A DNA stretch of 32,000 bases from Moraxella nasovis (GTDB lineage Bacteria; Pseudomonadota; Gammaproteobacteria; Pseudomonadales; Moraxellaceae): assembly GCF_022701215.1 (NCBI RefSeq), contig NZ_CP089976.1:810001-842000 (forward strand). The letters run 5' to 3'. The notes under the pieces are model-generated. The model was not told the origin of the DNA. It did not search any database and saw only the letters and a list, made by a program, of their open reading frames with translations. A program made the translations under genes and the position numbers. Shown piece after piece: positions 29,304 to 32,000 of this stretch; position 1 is the first letter of the stretch, and every line of letters begins with the position of its first letter.

Positions 29304-29391
29304 TTATCTAATTATAATTAGATATAATAAGCACATATACAGAGCAAAAGCTCGACAATCAACCCAAAGCTACAGGAGCTTACAAATGAAA
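29281..29391 (+). repeat. 111-bp direct repeat, copy B
   Basis: Identical to 28397-28507, offset 884 bp. Its first 23 nt also encode the C-terminus and stop codon of the RHH gene. Confidence 0.95.
29300..29328 (+). promoter_or_regulatory. Promoter B, identical to promoter A, with the same palindromic operator (29305-29324)
   Basis: Same sequence as promoter A. The TGA stop of the upstream RHH gene (29301-29303) lies inside the -35 hexamer. Confidence 0.7.
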
Positions 29392-29754
29392 AAATCTGAA
29401 ATGAAAGCAATCAAAGAATGTCGTGAGAATATCATCGGCTTTCTACACCCCAATGAAATGCAAACAATCAACGCGATTTTGGGGATTGATGTTGATAAGC
29501 TAGATTTTTATACTGTTTGTGATTTAACTATCAAAAATTATGCAGATAAGAAAATCACAAATAAAAAAGCAAGTGAAGTGTTTGACATTCTTTCACAAGC
29601 AAATAAGCAATTTAAAATAGAGCGTTATCGCTATGACAAGTCTACAAAGACAATCTATGAATTTGATGAAGAACACGATGCGTATTTATTCTTAGAAAAT
29701 AGCGGACACGGAAGATATGTTCACTTAGTTACAGTTAACGGTATGTATATCTAG
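29386..29754 (+). CDS. Small hypothetical protein (122 aa), sole gene of cassette B; anti-CRISPR candidate
   Basis: Same AGGAG-7nt-ATG as cassette A and followed by a terminator. Acidic/basic mixed small protein with no enzymatic motifs. Size is in the range of the Moraxella AcrIF13/AcrIF14 proteins (from memory). Confidence 0.65.
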   Translation: MKKSEMKAIKECRENIIGFLHPNEMQTINAILGIDVDKLDFYTVCDLTIKNYADKKITNKKASEVFDILSQANKQFKIERYRYDKSTKTIYEFDEEHDAYLFLENSGHGRYVHLVTVNGMYI

Positions 29755-29803
29755 TGTTGATTTTCTAGATTATAAAATACACATAAGACTTAGATTTTTA
29801 AAG

Positions 29804-29827
29804 AAAACCGCCCACGCTGGCGGTTTT
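29804..29827 (+). terminator. Intrinsic terminator after the cassette B gene
   Basis: AAAACCGCC-cacgct-GGCGGTTTT hairpin 50 nt after the stop codon. Confidence 0.6.
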
Positions 29828-29910
29828 CAAGACTAAAACAAGATTACGAATATCACTCAATGAACTATAAAATCTTGAACTAAAAGTAAAAGTATTTGAT
29901 GAAATTAAAC

Positions 29911-29939
29911 TTGACAAATCAAATTTATTTTAATAAGAT
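29911..29939 (+). promoter_or_regulatory. Promoter of the CRISPR-repeat-mimic RNA
   Basis: Perfect -35 TTGACA (29911-29916), 17-nt spacer, TAAGAT (29934-29939). The predicted transcription start is about 7-8 nt before the first repeat. Confidence 0.55.
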
Positions 29940-29953
29940 AGTTCATGTAGTTA

Positions 29954-30127
29954 TTACGCCACTGCAAAAAAGTGGCTTAGAAAGTTCTACAATTGTTAAA
30001 AGGGTTCACCACCGCTTAGGTGGCTTAGAAAATTGTATAATTTTAAAATATGTTTACCACCGCTTAGGTGGCTTAGAAAGTTATATGATTGTAAAAAAGG
30101 TTTACCACTGCAGAAGTGGCTTAGAAA
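29954..30127 (+). CRISPR. Orphan array of four type I-F-like CRISPR repeats (28 nt; first copy a degenerate 30 nt) separated by 20-nt mutually homologous linkers; candidate RNA anti-CRISPR or mini-array
   Basis: R1 29954-29983 TTACGCCACTGCAAAAAAGTGGCTTAGAAA. R2 30004-30031 GTTCACCACCGCTTAGGTGGCTTAGAAA. R3 30052-30079 GTTTACCACCGCTTAGGTGGCTTAGAAA. R4 30100-30127 GTTTACCACTGCAGAAGTGGCTTAGAAA. Same architecture as I-F repeats: GTTCA flank, 5-bp stem, 5-nt loop, CTTAGAAA handle. The stem covaries between copies. Confidence 0.6.
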
Positions 30128-30161
30128 ATTATATGATTGTAAATCAGTAATAACTACCAAT

Positions 30162-30184
30162 AAACCCCCAAACTTTGGGGGTTT
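30162..30184. terminator. Strong bidirectional terminator shared by the repeat RNA (+) and the endolysin gene (-)
   Basis: AAACCCCCAA-act-TTGGGGGTTT followed by ATTTTT. Lies 5 nt beyond the endolysin stop on the other strand. Confidence 0.8.
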
Positions 30185-30188
30185 ATTT

Positions 30189-30758
30189 TTACTTAAGCCC
30201 TACTAGATACGTTGTCCGACCGCCACGCTTAACAGCTGTTAGAAACTGACTTCGCTGGTCACCAGCATTTGACTTGTAGCCTAAATGTATCCATGTGCTA
30301 TTTTCGTCAGGGAATTCTAAAATAAGCTGGTCAAACTTTTTTAGCTTGTCTTTTAAAAAGTTAGCAATTTGTCGTGTTGTGCCAAATTCAGGACACTTAA
30401 AGTCAATTGCTCGCCCAAAAGTGTGTGCTGATGTATTAGACCCACCCACCGCACGATTGACATTGGGCGAACGATAACCGCTAGATATATGAATGGGTTT
30501 TCCAAGCAGGTCTCTGACAGGTTGCCACAGATTTACGCTACTATCTATCAAGTTTTGCAATACCCCAGCATCAGGGATATTATCAATGCCACGAGCTTTT
30601 GCGGTATTGCTGTGTAATAGCTCGTTTAAGCTGATGTTTTGCGTGATTTTAATCGTCTTGCCTACAGCTAAAGCGTGCTTTAATGCACGCTGTGACTGCA
30701 CCCCCCACACGCCGTCAGCAGGCGTGTTTATTTGTTCTTGAATGTGTTTGATGTTCAC
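30189..30758 (-). CDS. Phage endolysin, peptidase M15 family (zinc D-Ala-D-Ala carboxypeptidase-like, Peptidase_M15_3)
   Basis: SSGYRSPNVNRAVGGSNTSAHTFGRAIDF (H..D metal ligands) and the distal WIHLGY histidine. GTG start overlaps the upstream stop (GTGA). Confidence 0.8.
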   Translation of the reverse strand: MNIKHIQEQINTPADGVWGVQSQRALKHALAVGKTIKITQNISLNELLHSNTAKARGIDNIPDAGVLQNLIDSSVNLWQPVRDLLGKPIHISSGYRSPNVNRAVGGSNTSAHTFGRAIDFKCPEFGTTRQIANFLKDKLKKFDQLILEFPDENSTWIHLGYKSNAGDQRSQFLTAVKRGGRTTYLVGLK

Positions 30759-31870
30759 TCAAATCCCTCAACTTCTAAGGCGTCTGTGACTGCTGGTACT
30801 TCAACGAGTTTAATCACACTAAGGCGATTTTCAAGCATAGCTTTAGTAATGCCTTTTGTGATGGTTGTGATGTCTTCTGGCAAGATTTTAACCGCTGCAG
30901 CAGCCGTCAGTTTAGCTTGAGTTACCTTGTCATTTAAGGCGATAAGCTCATCAACGTCTTTTTGACTGATAATCTTATATTTGTCAATCTCTTGTCGCTT
31001 ATTGTATGCTATCTGCAAAGCTTGTTCAGCGGCTTTCACTCTAGTTTCAGTACTCTCAGGAATGCTGTCTAAGACAAGCCTTACTTCGTTTGCGTCTTCT
31101 TTTGCAGTATAATATTTTGAACTAAATAGACCAGCTGGCATATCATGTTTACCAGTTCTGTCTTTAAACTTAAAAACAAATTCATGTAAACCCTTACTAA
31201 ACGCATCGTCAAGATTAAGAAGAACCGCCCCATCAGGTGTAATGACAGTATCTTCATTAAAATTGATGGTTACGTCGCTGTGGTCATTTATAGCAATTAC
31301 CCGACCAATAAAATCTTTTAAGTTTACCTTAGGGGCTATAACGGGTTCTCCTTGATACGTAAGATGCAAATAAAACTGCAGAATACCATCATCACGCTTT
31401 TTGGCAGTGATATGCCAATCATCAGCTATTGGATAACTGGGCGTGCTTGTCTCATCTTTATGGTCTGAATGCTCCATCACTTCTGAATAATCACTATACC
31501 CATCATTATCGGTGTCTTTGTTATCAGGATTTGTGCCGTATTTTTCGTATTCATCATAATCTGTGATGCGGTCATTATCTGCATCTCTTTGTTTTTCGGT
31601 TAAAGCAACGGTTCTTAAAGCACGAGCCATTAATTTATCAAGCCCATCTAGGCGTGCCTTATTCTCACCATAATTTGCATCGATTTTTTCATTGATTTCA
31701 GCGATTTTTTTCTCAATGTCATCAATGCCTACCGTTTTATCGGTGCTTGTTGTTGTTTCGGTGTTGCTTGGCAACTTGTTAAGTTTATTATCAATCTTAG
31801 TCAAAAGCTCTTTAATCTCTATGATGTGTGTTGTGATAAGCTGTAATACGCTAGAAATGGTTGGTTTCAT
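30755..31870 (-). CDS. Phage late protein with N-terminal coiled coil and thrombospondin type-3-like Ca-binding repeats
   Basis: DADNDRITDYDE...NPDNKDTDNDGYSDYSE matches the DxDxDG.xDxxE type. AGGAG lies 8 nt before the ATG at 31870. Translationally coupled to the endolysin gene. Confidence 0.6.
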   Translation of the reverse strand: MKPTISSVLQLITTHIIEIKELLTKIDNKLNKLPSNTETTTSTDKTVGIDDIEKKIAEINEKIDANYGENKARLDGLDKLMARALRTVALTEKQRDADNDRITDYDEYEKYGTNPDNKDTDNDGYSDYSEVMEHSDHKDETSTPSYPIADDWHITAKKRDDGILQFYLHLTYQGEPVIAPKVNLKDFIGRVIAINDHSDVTINFNEDTVITPDGAVLLNLDDAFSKGLHEFVFKFKDRTGKHDMPAGLFSSKYYTAKEDANEVRLVLDSIPESTETRVKAAEQALQIAYNKRQEIDKYKIISQKDVDELIALNDKVTQAKLTAAAAVKILPEDITTITKGITKAMLENRLSVIKLVEVPAVTDALEVEGFE

Positions 31871-31871
31871 G

Positions 31872-32000
31872 TTATGCTCCTGTAGTTAGTGCGGTTTCAA
31901 TGGTTTGTAAGATGTCATTGTCAATATGACTTTCTAGGGCTTGTAAGCGATTTTTAATGTCACCGATTTGCTTTAGCATTTCTGCTGTTGCCGAGCTGCC
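31872..32000 (-). CDS. C-terminal 42 codons of a phage late gene (truncated by the window end)
   Basis: The minus frame is open from position 32000 to the TAA at 31872-31874: ...AEMLKQIGDIKNRLQALESHIDNDILQTIETALTTGA*. The stop lies 1 nt before the next gene's ATG. Confidence 0.5.
   Translation of the reverse strand, partial: GSSATAEMLKQIGDIKNRLQALESHIDNDILQTIETALTTGA

Larger units (their letters stand above)
28397..32000. mobile_element. Phage-derived AT-rich island, probably a prophage end (partial; continues beyond the window)
   Basis: Base composition drops abruptly after typA. The island holds small orphan genes, an M15 endolysin and overlapping or tightly packed late-type genes on the minus strand. 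Only one boundary is visible. No integrase, tRNA or att repeat was seen. Confidence 0.6.

Noticed and set aside
29954-30127. Type III toxin-antitoxin (ToxI-like) antitoxin RNA repeat array
   Set aside because: Tandem short repeats with a promoter and a terminator recall toxI. However, no ToxN/AbiQ-like gene follows on the + strand; the next genes are convergent phage late genes. The repeat sequence also matches type I-F CRISPR repeat architecture specifically. I keep this only as a remote alternative, for example with the upstream 122-aa protein as partner.
29954-30127. Iterons, integrase arm-type sites or terminase-binding (pac/cos) repeats
   Set aside because: This is possible for 48-bp periodic repeats near a prophage end. 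Against it are the dedicated promoter and terminator bracketing the array, the compensatory stem changes, and the CTTAGAAA handle. All three point to function as an RNA rather than as DNA binding sites.
29896-30150. 84-aa + strand ORF (MMKLNL...VHHRLGGLEN...VYHRLGGLES...VYHCRSGLEN...)
   Set aside because: Its periodic peptide only reflects reading through the 48-nt tandem DNA repeats. Its start codons lie upstream of the TTGACA/TAAGAT promoter and have no RBS. The repeats show RNA-stem covariation rather than codon-level conservation.

Overview
About 28 kb of ordinary chromosomal housekeeping genes from a roughly 40-45% GC gammaproteobacterium. Gene content and style suggest Moraxellaceae, which is inference only. 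The core genes are nfuA, a DUF4401/GDYXXLXY membrane pair, nadM-Nudix, a yidB-like gene, gltS, purL, a BarA/GacS-type hybrid kinase, cysM, a PolB-exo-like exonuclease, rlmD, rlmA, a UPF0126 channel, an rhlE-like DEAD-box helicase, relA, mutM, mscL and typA. From about 28.4 kb to the window end the sequence becomes visibly AT-rich and phage-derived. The most interesting content is in this island. A perfect 111-bp promoter/5'UTR cassette with a 20-bp palindromic operator occurs twice and drives two different small genes. A DUF1456-like gene and a ribbon-helix-helix gene lie between the two copies. Next comes a self-contained promoter-to-terminator unit of four tandem 48-nt repeats. Each repeat carries a 28-nt mimic of a type I-F CRISPR repeat, and the repeats are joined by 20-nt linkers that are homologous to each other. 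No cas genes are present in the window. I read this as a candidate combined protein and RNA anti-CRISPR locus (acr/aca-like operons plus a multi-copy Racr-like repeat mimic) at the end of a prophage. The neighbouring minus-strand genes are an M15 endolysin and late structural genes. All family assignments rest on motif recognition by eye; no database searches were run.
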